From Gordius albopunctatus (taxonomy: Eukaryota): a stretch of DNA of 64,000 bases. Every line of letters begins with the position of its first letter. Within the stretch, counting starts at the first letter, position 1. Positions 1-11,829 of this stretch are shown here, piece by piece. The notes below the pieces were generated by a model. That model was not told the origin of the DNA and searched no databases. It saw nothing but the letters and a program-made list of their open reading frames with translations. Location: contig OZ193909.1 in NCBI GenBank assembly GCA_964276515.1, forward strand, positions 20,336,001 to 20,400,000. Direction: 5' to 3'. Position numbers and translations under genes: made by a program.

Positions 1-117
1 TTTTCAGGAATTTTTTTAATATCAAATATATTCCATACGTATTAATTTAAACTTAATACCTTAAATGTAAATCATGCAAATTAAAATACACAATAATTTA
101 CTAAAATATAACGATAT

Positions 118-257
118 AAAAAGTCGAGATCTCGCCGATAAAATCTCGTCTCGTCTCGACAGCAAAATACTCGTCTCGATTCCATCTTTTTAATTCTCGT
201 CTCGTCTCTGTTTTTCGAGACGAGACCGAGATTTTTCTCGGTTTTTTCGAATCACTA
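118..257. repeat. End of a hAT-type non-autonomous element with GAGAC/GTCTC subterminal repeats
   Basis: Clustered tctcgtctc motifs ending ...gaatcacta (reverse TAGTGAT..). Related segments at ~18660-18755, ~33777-34440, ~39340-39417 and ~40155-40263. Confidence 0.55.
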
Positions 258-440
258 AAATAGGCCATGAGTCGGCAAAGGATTTAAAGTGGTATCGTAC
301 AATTCCTAGTTTTTGCCAAAGTAAAAAGGACGCGGAAATTTTAGGTTTCGGTGAGCGTTTTCCTATTTCTTTAATGAATTCCATTGCTTGTTTACCAAAG
401 GAACCAGAGCATGAGGCAACAACAGGGATAAAAATACGAT
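258..440 (-). pseudogene. C-terminal remnant of a restriction-like-endonuclease (CRE-like) non-LTR retrotransposon ORF
   Basis: Minus-strand translation RIFIPVVASCSGSFGKQAMEFIKEIGKR...SFLLWQKLGI resembles the FxPxxxxxxGxxGxxAxxFIxxLG...LxQxL tail of CRE-type ORFs. A related peptide KSFADSWPIL recurs at ~26615-26710. Confidence 0.45.
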
Positions 441-1113
441 GTTATTTAAATCCACAGTAATAAATAAAAATGCTCAGTAAAAATGCTCAGTATTTTATTA
501 AAGTGCTCAGTTCTTCTTCTTCCTCTTTCTATGACTGCCTGTCACCTAGGCTGGTGGTCAATCCTTTCAGCATTCGTTTCTCTGTTTACATAGATCTTTC
601 TTTATCTTGTGGACCTTTATATCATTCCGTATTTTATGAATCCAGGTAAGCTTGGGTCTTCCTCTCCTTCGATTTTCTTTCCTACGTAGCTATCGTCCTT
701 CTTTTGACATGACCATACCATCTTAGTCTATTTGTTAGGAGCTTTGTCGCAATTGATGTAGTACCCAAAATTCTTCTTATTTCTTCATTTCGCCTATGGT
801 CCTTTTTGCTTACTCCTAGCACCCATCTTAGCATTCTCATCTCCATGGCCGCAAGACGTTGCTCTTTTTTTACGTATAGCCCATGATTCCGAGCTATACA
901 GGACTGTTGGCTGTATGATGGATTTATACAGTGCGCCTTTTAGTCTTCTCGGGATGTTTTTGTCAAACAGAACACCTGTCAAGTCCCTCAACTTGAGCCA
1001 TCTGGAATTTATCCTTGCTTGGATTTCTTTATCCATTCCACCATCCGATCCTATATATTTGAAGGAATCCACGCTTGTAAGTTGCCAATCGCCTAAAGTA
1101 AGGGATGCACTTT

Positions 1114-3523
1114 TAGAGACCTGCAACGGGCCTGTTTAGGTCAATAGGCCCGCCTGTTGTATTGTAAAAATTAAAAAGCCCGGACCCGGCCCGTAAAAAT
1201 AAAATGTGATAGGCCCAGGCCCGGCCCGCTAATTAATTGCAAAGCCCAGCCCGGACCCGTATACAAAATTTTTTAGTTTGTTAATTTCTGTTGAATTTTC
1301 ATTTTTTTTATTAAAATATTTAATCAATATATCTATATATTATGAATATTAATAATAATCATGTAAAAATAATAAATCATCAATTCAATCAATCGATTTG
1401 CAATTGAAAAATTTCTTTCACTAGTGGCACTTGTGGCAGGAATACATAAAACTTTATATGCCAAATGAGATATTTTTGGATACGTAATTTAAGGTTGAAT
1501 TGATATTAATAACATTTAGTTCGCTTCTTTGCCTTTCCACCATTTGATAAGATTAAAACATTCAGGATCTACATATTCCTCAAGATATTGATTAAATTCA
1601 TTTGTTGATGAAGGTATGCTTTCATTATCCTACCATTCCGAAAATACGCATTAAGATTTTTTAGCAAAATATTCTAAAATTTTGTCTTAAAATCTTACCT
1701 TGAGACATACTTTTGTCATTTTCTAAACTCTCGGAAAAACTAACTGATTGAGTAAAATCATCGCGATCTATAAGACTTTTTATTTCTTCATAAGTCTCCC
1801 TTTTCTCTTGAGTAGTAGCCATTTTCATGTGTTTAAATTTGGGGTGAAGCGCCGTAGCCATTCTATGCAAGGAATGGATGGTATATTTTTGATTAATCAA
1901 TTCTTTAATTTTATTTTTGATATTTCTAATTTGATCGTCCGAAAATTCATCATTTTCCATCATATTAATTAATTTCAATTTCCTTAAAAATACATAAGGC
2001 ATAGTGGATTTTGAGTCCGCACTAATTGTGTGCTTACTTCTTTAAATGGCCTCAATAACTCAATAATGGATTTTAGCAAAGGTAGGTTTATATTAAGCAA
2101 CATAAAGGTTTCATTCCTTTTTGTTAAAATCTCTTCAGTTTCATCTAACAAATTATTATAACTTTCCAAAAGATTCAATTTAGAATTCCACCTAACAACT
2201 ACATCTTGATATAAACAATGGCTTAGATTTCTATTTAAGCCACTTTGTTTAAAGTACCGTACAAGAGTTTTAGAGTCATTTATCATGTTCAATACATCTG
2301 GAGCATTTTCCTCCAAAATTAATTCATTAAAAGCCCCTTTAATGATATTATTTATCTGGTGAGCCTTACAATCCAGTCGTCTATAATTTTGTAGAGCTTT
2401 TATGATATTGGCCATTTGATTTGAAACAAATTTAATTTTAAAAATATCATTTAGAGATAATCCGAATGATGTTAATCTATTTAGGATTTCACTTTTAATA
2501 TTTTCTGCCATTTTTTCATGTGGGAATTGTGCTGTGAAAAATATCCTTTTAACAAGTTTATCATTAATTTAGTGTATAGTTAATGTTATATAATAATTCT
2601 TGGTATAGTCATCTGTCCACATGTCTGTGGTTGCCGAACACAATCCCCTTTCCACATATGATATTAATTCTGGTAAAATTAGCTTTCTTACATCAATTGC
2701 AGACTGCTTGACATGCCTGGCTACAGTAGTTGGATGAGGCATTATGTCTTCTATCTTCAATTGTCCAACTATTGAAACAACACTATCCATCAGAAATTGG
2801 CTTCTTTGGCTAAAGCTTCAAAGGGTATTAAATCTTTGGCACAAAATTTAATTGCCTCATCTATTATTTTTAGGAGTTTTTCTTTTTTTGTATCCAAATC
2901 CATCACCCTAACAAATTGATCCATCGTTCCAGACTTTGATTCATTGCTAGCGCATTTATGTCTTTTAAGATGGGATGTTCCATCAGATGGTTTGTAGGAT
3001 AAATACTTTTTGCAAGTTTTGCAGATGCAAATACTAGCTTGGTTGTCATTTTCATCCACTAGTATATCAAATTTTTTCCACACTTCACTCTTAAAGTTAT
3101 GATTTAATTTTGTTTTGAGATTATGGTGATTTCTTTTGTCAACCATTGTTAATTCTTCAGACATGCTAATATGTGTACCATTACTAAAACAATTATTTAA
3201 TTATAATATAAAATTTTGTTATAGAGTGAAAATCTCAAATAGTTATATAACAAGGTTTTATAATGAGAAAATTCAAAATATTAATCTCGAAATTTTATTA
3301 ACTTACTCTTAAGTTTGTGACTAGAAGGATAATGTAGTTTATTCCTGTATATAGTTGCTAATTAAGACCTTAAGAAGGAAATTCAAATGTATTTTCATTG
3401 TCAATTAGAAAAAAATCAATTAAAAATTAATAAAAAAAAAGTTGAACACATCTTTGTGTTGGGTCCAGGCCTGGCCCGTTTATTTTTTTAACCTAAAGCT
3501 CGACCGGGCCGTGCAGGTCTCTA
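1114..3523 (-). mobile_element. hobo/Hermes-like hAT transposon, both ends intact
   Basis: TIRs TAGAGACCTGCA..TGCAGGTCTCTA; exact 8-bp TSD TGCACTTT (1106-1113 and 3524-3531); GGCCC/GGGCC subterminal repeats; splits the RT of RTE-A. Confidence 0.93.
1400..3164 (-). pseudogene. hAT transposase, frameshifted
   Basis: BED finger (VWKKF..CKTC..GTSHLKRHKC), TTDMWTD, CKAH, RWNS, LHP, and a C-terminal CIPATSATSE motif near 1420-1450; broken over several frames. Confidence 0.88.
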
Positions 3524-5120
3524 TGCACTTTGCTGGTTTTCATCCGATGTAAACTCTTCATGTATTCTGTTTTCTTTCGATTTACACTGAGACCACTTTC
3601 TTCTATTGCATTTACCTATCTATTTACAGTATTAGCCAATTCTTGTTCACTTTTGGCGCAGAGGATTATATCGTCTGCAAAGATCCTTGCCCAAGGAGCT
3701 TCCTCGCCCAAATCCTTGGTAATATTATCCATTATCATTATGAATAGGAAGGGTCTAAGAGCTGAACCTTGATTGACTCCAGTGTTAATGGCAAAGCTTT
3801 TTTTAGTCCCCACCGTTGTTCTAACGTACGTTCTATTTCCCTTGTGCATATCTTTTATTGCTCTGACGTATACTTCTGGCACATTGTTTTCTTCAAGACA
3901 TTTCCAAACTAAGTTACGAGGAACTTTATCGAACGCTTTTTCTAGATCGATGAAACACAAGTGCAAATCCTCTTCCCTCTCTTTAAACCATTCCTTGAGA
4001 ATTTTTTTAGTGGACTTGCTTTCACCTAGTATTTGTCGTCTTTTTTTTCGCTCGCGTTGTGGCAGCTATACTACTCCATGATACTCACATGAAATATTTT
4101 CCTTAAATTCAGCATGTTTAATTACTTGTTCCTGAAAATGTTGAATATTATTCTTTAGTTTCTTTCATTGTATAGTAACGGCTACTCTTTGTACCTTTTG
4201 CCCTTTAATATAAAGTCCATCACCAACAGCTTGTGTTGGCAGGCCAATATTTCACTCGGTATTACCTTAAAATTTTGAACATTCTTTAATTTCGCTCTGT
4301 CGACTAGAAAGAAATCTATCTGAGTGGTACGGCTGCCGCTTTTGTACGTTATAAGATGTTCCTGTCACTTTTTGAAGAAGGTATTTCCTATTGCTAGATC
4401 AAAAGCTTGAGAAATTTCTAGAATTTCCGTACCTCCTTCATTTCTTAGGCCGTAACCCCTACCACCATTATTTCTTTCAAATCCTCCCCTTGATTTGCCC
4501 ACGTGTCCATTGAGGTCCGCTTTAATAATTATACATCTTCAAGCACCTTCCAAAAACACTCTTTTTCCGTATCAGAGCATCCACTTTGAGGGGCGTATGC
4601 TGATATAACTTTTATCGTAGTAGATTTATAACAAACCTGTATCGCCATAATTCTGTCATTGATTCTTTTAACGTCGACGACAGTTTGCTGAAATTCTTCC
4701 GATAGCACTTACCGACGCTATTCCGGTGAGTTTATGTACCGTAAAAATATAATTTGTATCCGTCACCTATGTATTTTGCTTTTTGGCCCTTCCATTTGGT
4801 CTCTTGTATACAAGCGATATCGATTTTTATCCTCCTTAGAACGCCTGCCAATTCTCTGCTCTTGCTAGTCATTGTACCAATATTCCATGACCCAAACTTC
4901 CTACGCAAACTAATGTCTTTAACCGCTTCCGTTTGTTGAGAGAGCGGTAGCCTTCGTTTATTTCCCACACATTCCGGGCGAAAAATGCGCTCGTCGCTTA
5001 AGGGGGACGCCCTATGGTTTTCATTCTGCGTCTTTGTTGTAGTATATATTTTGGCTTATATGGAATGAGGGAGTATTGATATCCCGGCCTTCCAAGCCTG
5101 ACAGAACTATGTTAGATTTT

Positions 5121-5177
5121 GGCGCTTGACTACACGACGGTCCCAAGTCCGTGTGAAAAAAGTGGAGAGTTAGCGTC
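5121..5177 (+). ncRNA. Degenerate twister-ribozyme-like structure at the 5' end of RTE-B
   Basis: GGCGCU-UGA-CUAC-AC-G-ACGG-UCCCAAGU-CCGU-...-GUGGAGAG-UU-AGCGUC follows the P1-type twister order with compensatory P4 and T2 pairs; L1 and T1 deviate from consensus. Confidence 0.6.
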
Positions 5178-8100
5178 AGGTCGGAAGCCGGCTGTAAAAA
5201 GCAACTCCAAACACCATGGCAGCTTCAAATACGAACTTATACCAGAATGCTAGGGCGTCCTCCCCAAACGACGCGCATTGCATCATCCGCCCGTGCAATG
5301 TGAAAAGTATACAAGGGTCACCGCCTCACTCACAACGAAGGCGGTTAAGGAACCTAGTTGTCGAACGGACAAGAGTGGCTAGCTGGAATGTGGGCACACT
5401 GACGGGGAAGAGCATCGAGGTTGCGCAGATGCTAAAAAGGCGAAGGATACACATAGCGTGTCTACAAGAAACGCGGTGGCATGGAACAAAAGCCAGGAAG
5501 CTAGGAGATGGTTACAAGATATACTACTCGGGTTCCCCATCACGGAAGAACGGGGTCGGTATAGTGCTTAGCGATTCCTTTAAGGACAAGGTATTCGAAG
5601 TCAAACGATGCTCAGATAGATTGATGTGCATAAAGCTGGCGGATCAAGGCGGCCTTGTCAGTGTTATTTGTGCGTATTCGCCCCAGGTTGGATGTTCCGA
5701 AAACGAGAAGGACGAATTCTATGAGAAGCTCGAAAAAGAAATACGCTACGTGAAGCCTGACGAGAATCTCATCATCGGAGCAGACTTTAATGGGCACGTT
5801 GGGAAAGAAAGGGGCGTGTACGAACGAAATCACGGCGGGCATGGCTATGGAGTGAAAAATAAAGAGGGAGAGAAGTTACTACAGATGGCGCAAGCTTACG
5901 ATATGGCCATTGTGAATACCTTCTTTCAGAAGCGTACCGAACATTTAGCGACGTACAGTAGTGGAAATCACCTTACACAGGTCGACTACATATTAGTGAA
6001 GCGCAAAAAATTTGTGGCAAGTTAAAGATTGCAAGGTTATACCGGGGGAAGAAATCGCCAAACAACATCGGCCAGTTGTCCTCGATATATCAAGAAAGAT
6101 TTTTCCCGTAAGGAGAAAAGTTTACACACCAAGGACAAAGTACGGAAAGCTAAAGGATGATCGTGCAAATAAAATTTTTCACGCTCGAGCAACTCCGCTC
6201 TTGAAGGTTGCAGGCTTGGAGGGCGAAATTAACAAAAGGTGGGGCACCGTTGCAAACGTTCTAAAGGAAACGGCCTTTCAAATATTGGGACGAACTAAGG
6301 GCGGCAGAGATCACAAGCGTGAACTATGGTCGTGGAATGACTCGGTCAAAGAGGTTATAGAAGAAAAGAAGGCGTTTTACCTACGATGGTACAAAACGAA
6401 GAAAGGAGAAGACTACGGGGCATATCGTGAAGCGAAACGCAAGGCTAAGATAGCGGTCGCGATAGCGAAGAACAAAGCTTACACCGAGATGGCAAACAAG
6501 CTCGATACCAAGGGCGGCGACATAGTCATGTATAAACTCGCAAAGATCAGGGAGAAAAAAAGTCGAGATGTCGGGGACACTTAAAGTGATTAAAAGCGAA
6601 GAGGGACGAACGTTGTGCAAACCGAAGGAAGTCATCAAAAGATGGAAAGATTATTTCCAAAATATGATGAACAAAACGAATGATAGAAGACCGCTAGAGA
6701 GGGTGGAACCGAACTCGAACTTGGTTTTACCATTGCAGGCTTATGAAGTAGGAGCGCAACTAACGAAGGTGCGGAAAGGGAAAGCGCTAGGTCCCGATGA
6801 TTTACCGATCGAAGCTTAGCTTGGGTGCAAAGGAGAAGGAATCGACATAATGACAGGCCTATTTAACGCTGTGCTGTATGAGAGTCGTATCCCTGACCAA
6901 TGGAGGGAAAGTACGATCATACCCATATACAAAGGTAAAGGAGACGCGCAGGAATGTGGCAACTTTAGAGGTATCAAGTTGACCTGGCACTCACTAAAAC
7001 TACTAGAAAGGGTGCTAGTGAAAAGGCTCAATGACGAAGTTTGTCTCTCGCCCAATCAGTTTGGATTTGTGGCCGGTAAATCAACGATGGACCCAATCTT
7101 TGCGTTGAAGCAGACGATGGAAAAATATGTGGACATAAGAAAGAACTTACACATGGTCTTCATCGATTTAGAAAAGGGCTACGATACGGTTCCGAGAGAC
7201 TTAATATGGTGGTCCCTTAGAGCCAGAAATATACCCGAAGGATATGTTCGACTTATCAAGGAAATGTATAAAGGCGCGGTCGCATCTGTTAGGACTACCG
7301 TAGGAGTAACAAAACCCTTCCGAATAATGATCGGACTACATCAAGGATCAGCGTTAAGCCCATTTTTGTTTAATCTAATTATGGATACAATAACAAAGGA
7401 CTTGCACAAGCCAGCCCCTTGGACTATGCTATATGCCGACGATATTGTCCTATGCGATGAAACAAGAGAAGGGGTTTTTCACCAGGCGAAAAAATGGTCA
7501 GAACGTTTTTCGGAATTTGGGTTAAAGGTCAGCGAGAATAAAACGGTTTACATGCAAACGATGGGCGGTAGTCCGCAAATGCACAAACACATATCTTGGC
7601 TCGCTATTACATCAAGAGGGAGGATGTACCGCCGAAGTCCATTCTCGGATCAAGAAAGCATGGCTCAAGTGGCGCAGCATCTCCGGTGTCATGTGTGACA
7701 AAAAGATACCAATTTGGTTGAAAAGCAAGGCGTACAAAACCATCGTGCGACCGGTCTTGCTTTACGGGAGCGAAAAATGGGCTGTAACCACCGCGGAGGA
7801 GAAAATCTTGCAAGTCACGGAAATGAGAATGGTGCGATGGAGCTTAGGCTACACCAAGCTGGATCGCATGACGAACGAATCCTTGATGACAAAGATGGGT
7901 ATACAAGCGACGAAGGACTTCTTAAGAGAAAATCGACTGCGGTAGTACGGCCATGTATTACGAAGAGACGAAGACGATGTCACACGCCGAACGCTGGAGA
8001 TGGACGTGCCTGGAACAAGAGGAGGGGGCAGACCACGTGCCACCTGGAAACGACTGGTCGAAAAGGATATGGACGTCAAACAGATGGAAATTGGCATGGC

Positions 8101-8179
8101 ATTCACACGACTCAGATGGAAGAGGCTGCTGAAAACGTACCCCACGTCTGTGGGATTTTCAACACGATAAAGAAGAAGA
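5121..8179 (+). mobile_element. RTE-clade LINE (RTE-B), near full length, inactivated
   Basis: APE (SWNVGTL, LQETRW, GADFNGHVG, QVDYIL; 5216-6025), RT (GLHQGSALSP, LYADD; 6850-7600), frameshifts near 6010 and 6575, TGG->TAG stops near 6817 and 7943, (GAA)n tail at ~8170-8179. Confidence 0.92.
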
Positions 8180-8180
8180 C

Positions 8181-8702
8181 TACCTACTATTCTTTAGGAT
8201 GCAGTCATTTTGGTGAATTTAACTTTTGTTTAGACCACTCGTATTGATAGGCTTAATCTAGCACTTCCATTTCACTAAGTACTCCCTCAAAAAGCCCAGA
8301 AATTTTAGTCTGACCCTTCACCAAGAACCTTGCTGTAACGAAGTCACCGATCCCATCCTCTTCGCCAAATGTAACGAAGTGGCCGGCTGGTAGAACCCTA
8401 AGCTCCCGTATACTAGGCTCCCGTATAACACTAACTCCGATTCTAAACCAAGAGACTAAGTCAAAAGACAGAGACTGTTTTATTAGGTGGATAAGGCTTT
8501 ATATACACATAGCGAAAGACATATAAAAGTAGTAATCAATTAAGAGATAATGTAAGGTGTAAACTAAGGTATATTCAATTGACTAAGCGTATATCCAATT
8601 ATCTGTGACCGCGCTCAAGTATAGGAAAAACGCGTGTATTCAAATTGCAACCTTGAATGCCGCTGCACTACACTTGCTAATAGGGTCACCCCACCAGTAA
8701 CA
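8181..8702 (-). mobile_element. Ty3/gypsy 5' LTR (8370-8702) with primer-binding site and truncated leader
   Basis: Minus strand TGTTAC...GTTACA containing TATATAAA and AATAAA, followed after 2 nt by TGGCGAAGAGGATGGGA (8351-8367), a tRNA-Ser-like PBS. Confidence 0.75.
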
Positions 8703-8974
8703 AACATAAAAATTGTGTTTGACTAGCAAAGGTATAGTTTCATGGATCACGAGAGTACACAAGCTCAACCACCACTACAAGGTATTTCTGGCTCGGTTGA
8801 GATTAAAGTGCCCAGTTAAAAATTCAAAATTGCTCGGTAAATTAGCTTTAAAATGCTCAGCTTCAAATTAATAATGCTCAGTAATATAAATTCATAATTT
8901 GTGATAATAATTTATTTTGTGCTTATATTTTATAAAAAATATTTTAATTTGTATATAATTTTTTTAAATAAATT

Positions 8975-9500
8975 AAGAACTTTTCCCCCCTCCCTATTTT
9001 TATCCCATTGGTTTCCTCCCCCCCCCCTTATTTTTTACCCTCTTTCTCACCAGAGTAAGGGGGGGGGGGGTGATTTGCCCCTCCCCCTTATTTTACCCTA
9101 TTTCTCACCTGAGGAGAGGGAATGATTTGACCCCCCCCCTTTTTTCACCCTCTTTCTAACCCGAAAAATGGGGGGTGGGGGGGGGGGGTTGATTTGCCCT
9201 CCCCCCTTATTTCTTACCTTCTTTCTAATCAGGGGAGAGGGATTTGGGGTGATTTGCTCCCCCCCCCCTATTTATTTTACCCTCTTTCTCACTCTCCCTT
9301 ATTTTTACCCTCGTTCTCACTAGGGGAGAGGGAGGGAGAGGTGATATGCCCCCCCCCTTATTTTTTGCTCTCTTTCTCACCAGGGCGTGCCCCCCCCCTC
9401 CCTACTTTTTTAACCTTCCTTCTCACTAGGTGGGAAGGTGTTTTGCCTTCCCCTTTCCGGGTGAGAAAGAGGACAAATAATAAGGGGGGGGGGGAATCAA
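8975..9500. repeat. G/C-run minisatellite (~45-60 bp imperfect unit)
   Basis: Repeated GATTTG-Cn-TTATTTTTACCCTCTTTCTCAC-GGGAGAGGG units, inside an element with TGCTCAGT repeats on the left and ACTGAGCA repeats on the right (~9770-9945). Confidence 0.8.
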
Positions 9501-10039
9501 CGGGACAAAAAAAGGAGTAATTAATTTATGATACATCTAGCTCATTAATTTTCATTTAAGGAATTTATTTAGCTTTAAAAACGATAATTTTGACAACTTT
9601 CATCAAAACAGATAAAAATTAATTCTGTCCTTTTTCTTAGTCGAACTTTTAAGGTCGACTAAACAAAACTTATGTCTTTTTACCACATATATAACACATA
9701 CGACATCTATGAATTGACATTACTGGTTCAAATCTCGCTTAAATATTAATTTTATTTTAAAATTAAATTTCACTGAGCAACATAGAAATAATAACTGAAA
9801 AAATGAATTAATTACTGAGCAAGAATTAAATTACGGAACATTAAATTATTTACTTAGCATTTGATTATTTTATTGAGCATTTAATTATTCTTCTGAGCAA
9901 TTGATTATTTTACTCAGCAAAAATTGAATTAAATACTGAGCACAATAATTTGTTCTCATATAAAAAAATGCGTTTATACAAACAAGACATAAAAACTCGG
10001 ATTTTATTTAAAAAATATAATTTGACAATTTATAATAAA

Positions 10040-10190
10040 CTAGTTAAGCCCGGCAAACGTTGTTTTGCCATATACATATGTCTGGAAAATTAACTAACTT
10101 ACTATAAGTGTGTGGGGATATTTTTTGCAGAAGTTTTATCTAAATTGTAATCTTATTTTTACCGATGGAAAGTAAACGTGTCATATTATA
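10040..10190 (-). mobile_element. Helitron 3'-end remnant
   Basis: Minus strand GGCAAAACAACGTTTGCCGGG..AACTAG|T, the same terminus as the plus-strand Helitron ending at 11170. Confidence 0.6.
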
Positions 10191-11170
10191 TCTTATATAT
10201 AAAAATCGCTACCAATTCTGCAAAACTACCAGACCGATTTGGCTCAAAATTTTAAACTTTATTCCTGACACCCCGGAGCATGTTTTAAGATTTGTTCGAG
10301 CCAAATCGGTCCATTAGTTTTTGAGTTACTTCGTTTTATATGTTTTGCCGTTTAATAAACCGTCAATCAAACGCAACCTCATGACGTACTGCCTATTTAA
10401 TAGTGTGATAAATTTAGCCATGTGCTGCGGAAAATGGAAACTTTTTACGATTTGGGAACATTAAATCAAAGCATGGTCGTACTCAGGTTTTGAATTAGGG
10501 GGGGGGGGGGGCAGATTAAAAAAAAAATTTCTCGACTATCTAAAATTTTCCTGAGAGCAACGAACAAAAGGTCTTCGACAACTAAATTCCTAAATTTTTC
10601 CTGGGACCCGCAGGAGGCAGCCGCCCTTTCTCCCTTTCACTGGCTAATTGGGGGGGGGGGGGGGCAAAACATAATTTTTAAGGGTTTAAATTATTTTTTT
10701 TAAATTAGGGGGGGGGAAGGGGTACGCCCATGAATCAAAGTCATTTTTTTGCTTATTCTCCACGACAATTATTATTATTATAGGACGGTTGTGTCTCCTC
10801 CTGCAGGGCTAAATAATTTGCGCGTTAAATAAGGATAAAAATGAAAATACTTTTAACAAAGTGCCAATAAATTTTGATATATCTCAGTTCTTCGGACATT
10901 ATTAAGTTCAGAATTAAAAGTTTTATTCAGAAACAAATAATTATGATATTGTTTCTTAATTACAAAAAAAATGAAAAAAATTGCTTGAAGGACCAGGGGA
11001 CCAAAGATTTTTCCCTTGGGGGGGGGGCCTTGGACCCTCTTTAATTATTTGTTTAAAAATCATCAAACTTTATTTTTACTTCAATAACCGCTTTTTATAC
11101 GCCTAAAAATTCCAACATAATTTAATATACCCGGGTAAATGGCAAAACAACGTTTGCCGGGTTCATCTAG
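10191..11170 (+). mobile_element. Non-autonomous Helitron
   Basis: A|TCTTATATAT start, subterminal hairpin GGCAAA..TTTGCC and CTAG|T end; inserted between A and T with no TSD. Confidence 0.75.
10472..10732. mobile_element. G-run MITE (hAT-type) nested in the Helitron
   Basis: TIR CATGGTCGTAC / GTACGCCCATG; exact 8-bp TSD AATCAAAG. Similar decayed copies at ~19195-19365, ~50645-50800 and ~59814-59953. Confidence 0.75.
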
Positions 11171-11829
11171 TATATACTAAAAATAGTGGGTTCATAAAAT
11201 CCATGACGTGATAAAATTCGTGCCCCATTTCAATATATAAAATGTATAAGTCTTGGATAATTATTAAAAATATGCTTATATGATCGACCACGTGATAATA
11301 ATTTAAATATTATTTATTTAATTTAAATAGTTGATTAAACCCAAATAATTTTGACCGTAGACTGTAACATTTTCATTATACTTTTAAATATCTAATTCGA
11401 GAAAACTTCAGCCTTGTATGTATGACGTCATTATTGTATATGATGCTATAAATGAAACTGGCCGGTAAATGTCCGATATTTTTAAAACGAAAAGGTATTT
11501 TAGGAATCTTAAAAAGCTATTTTACCCCTGGCCGCCCAAGGAATCTACGGGTAAGGTTTCGCGCGAATCGGGCCAGTGTAATGATCTGAAACGTCGACAT
11601 TTAAAAAACGACGACGCTCAATTCACATTCCTATTGGTTAATATGGCATAATAATGAGTTATATACCATATCACGTGATCTTCCTAGAAGCACAATTGGT
11701 TAGTTTTGGCACAAAATCATCTACTTTTTTTGAAGACACTAAAATGACGACACAAGACTTTTAAAATAATACAAGTAATTACTAAGGATTCTTATCTTAG
11801 TTATGAATTAGATTAAGAAAATGGCCAGC

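Larger units (their letters stand above)
513..8801 (-). mobile_element. RTE-clade LINE (RTE-A), decayed, carrying three nested insertions
   Basis: APE domain (GSWNIGTM..DIACIQETKW, 4732-4968), RT (FIDLEKAFD..GVNQGSAL..FADD, 3616-3966), C-terminus 794-1113, (GAA)n tail at ~513. Flanked by a 16-bp direct repeat ATTAAAGTGC[T/C]CAGTT at 497-512 and 8802-8817. Confidence 0.8.

Noticed and set aside
4732..6025. Two APE genes as a divergent gene pair or a single bidirectional element
   Set aside because: Explained by nested insertion of RTE-B into the RTE-A leader.
5612..8247. Antisense and alternate-frame ORFs over RTE-B (e.g. 7714-8247)
   Set aside because: Shadows of the LINE ORF with no independent motifs.
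8901..9520. Pro/Leu/Gly-rich ORFs
   Set aside because: They are translations of the G/C-run minisatellite.
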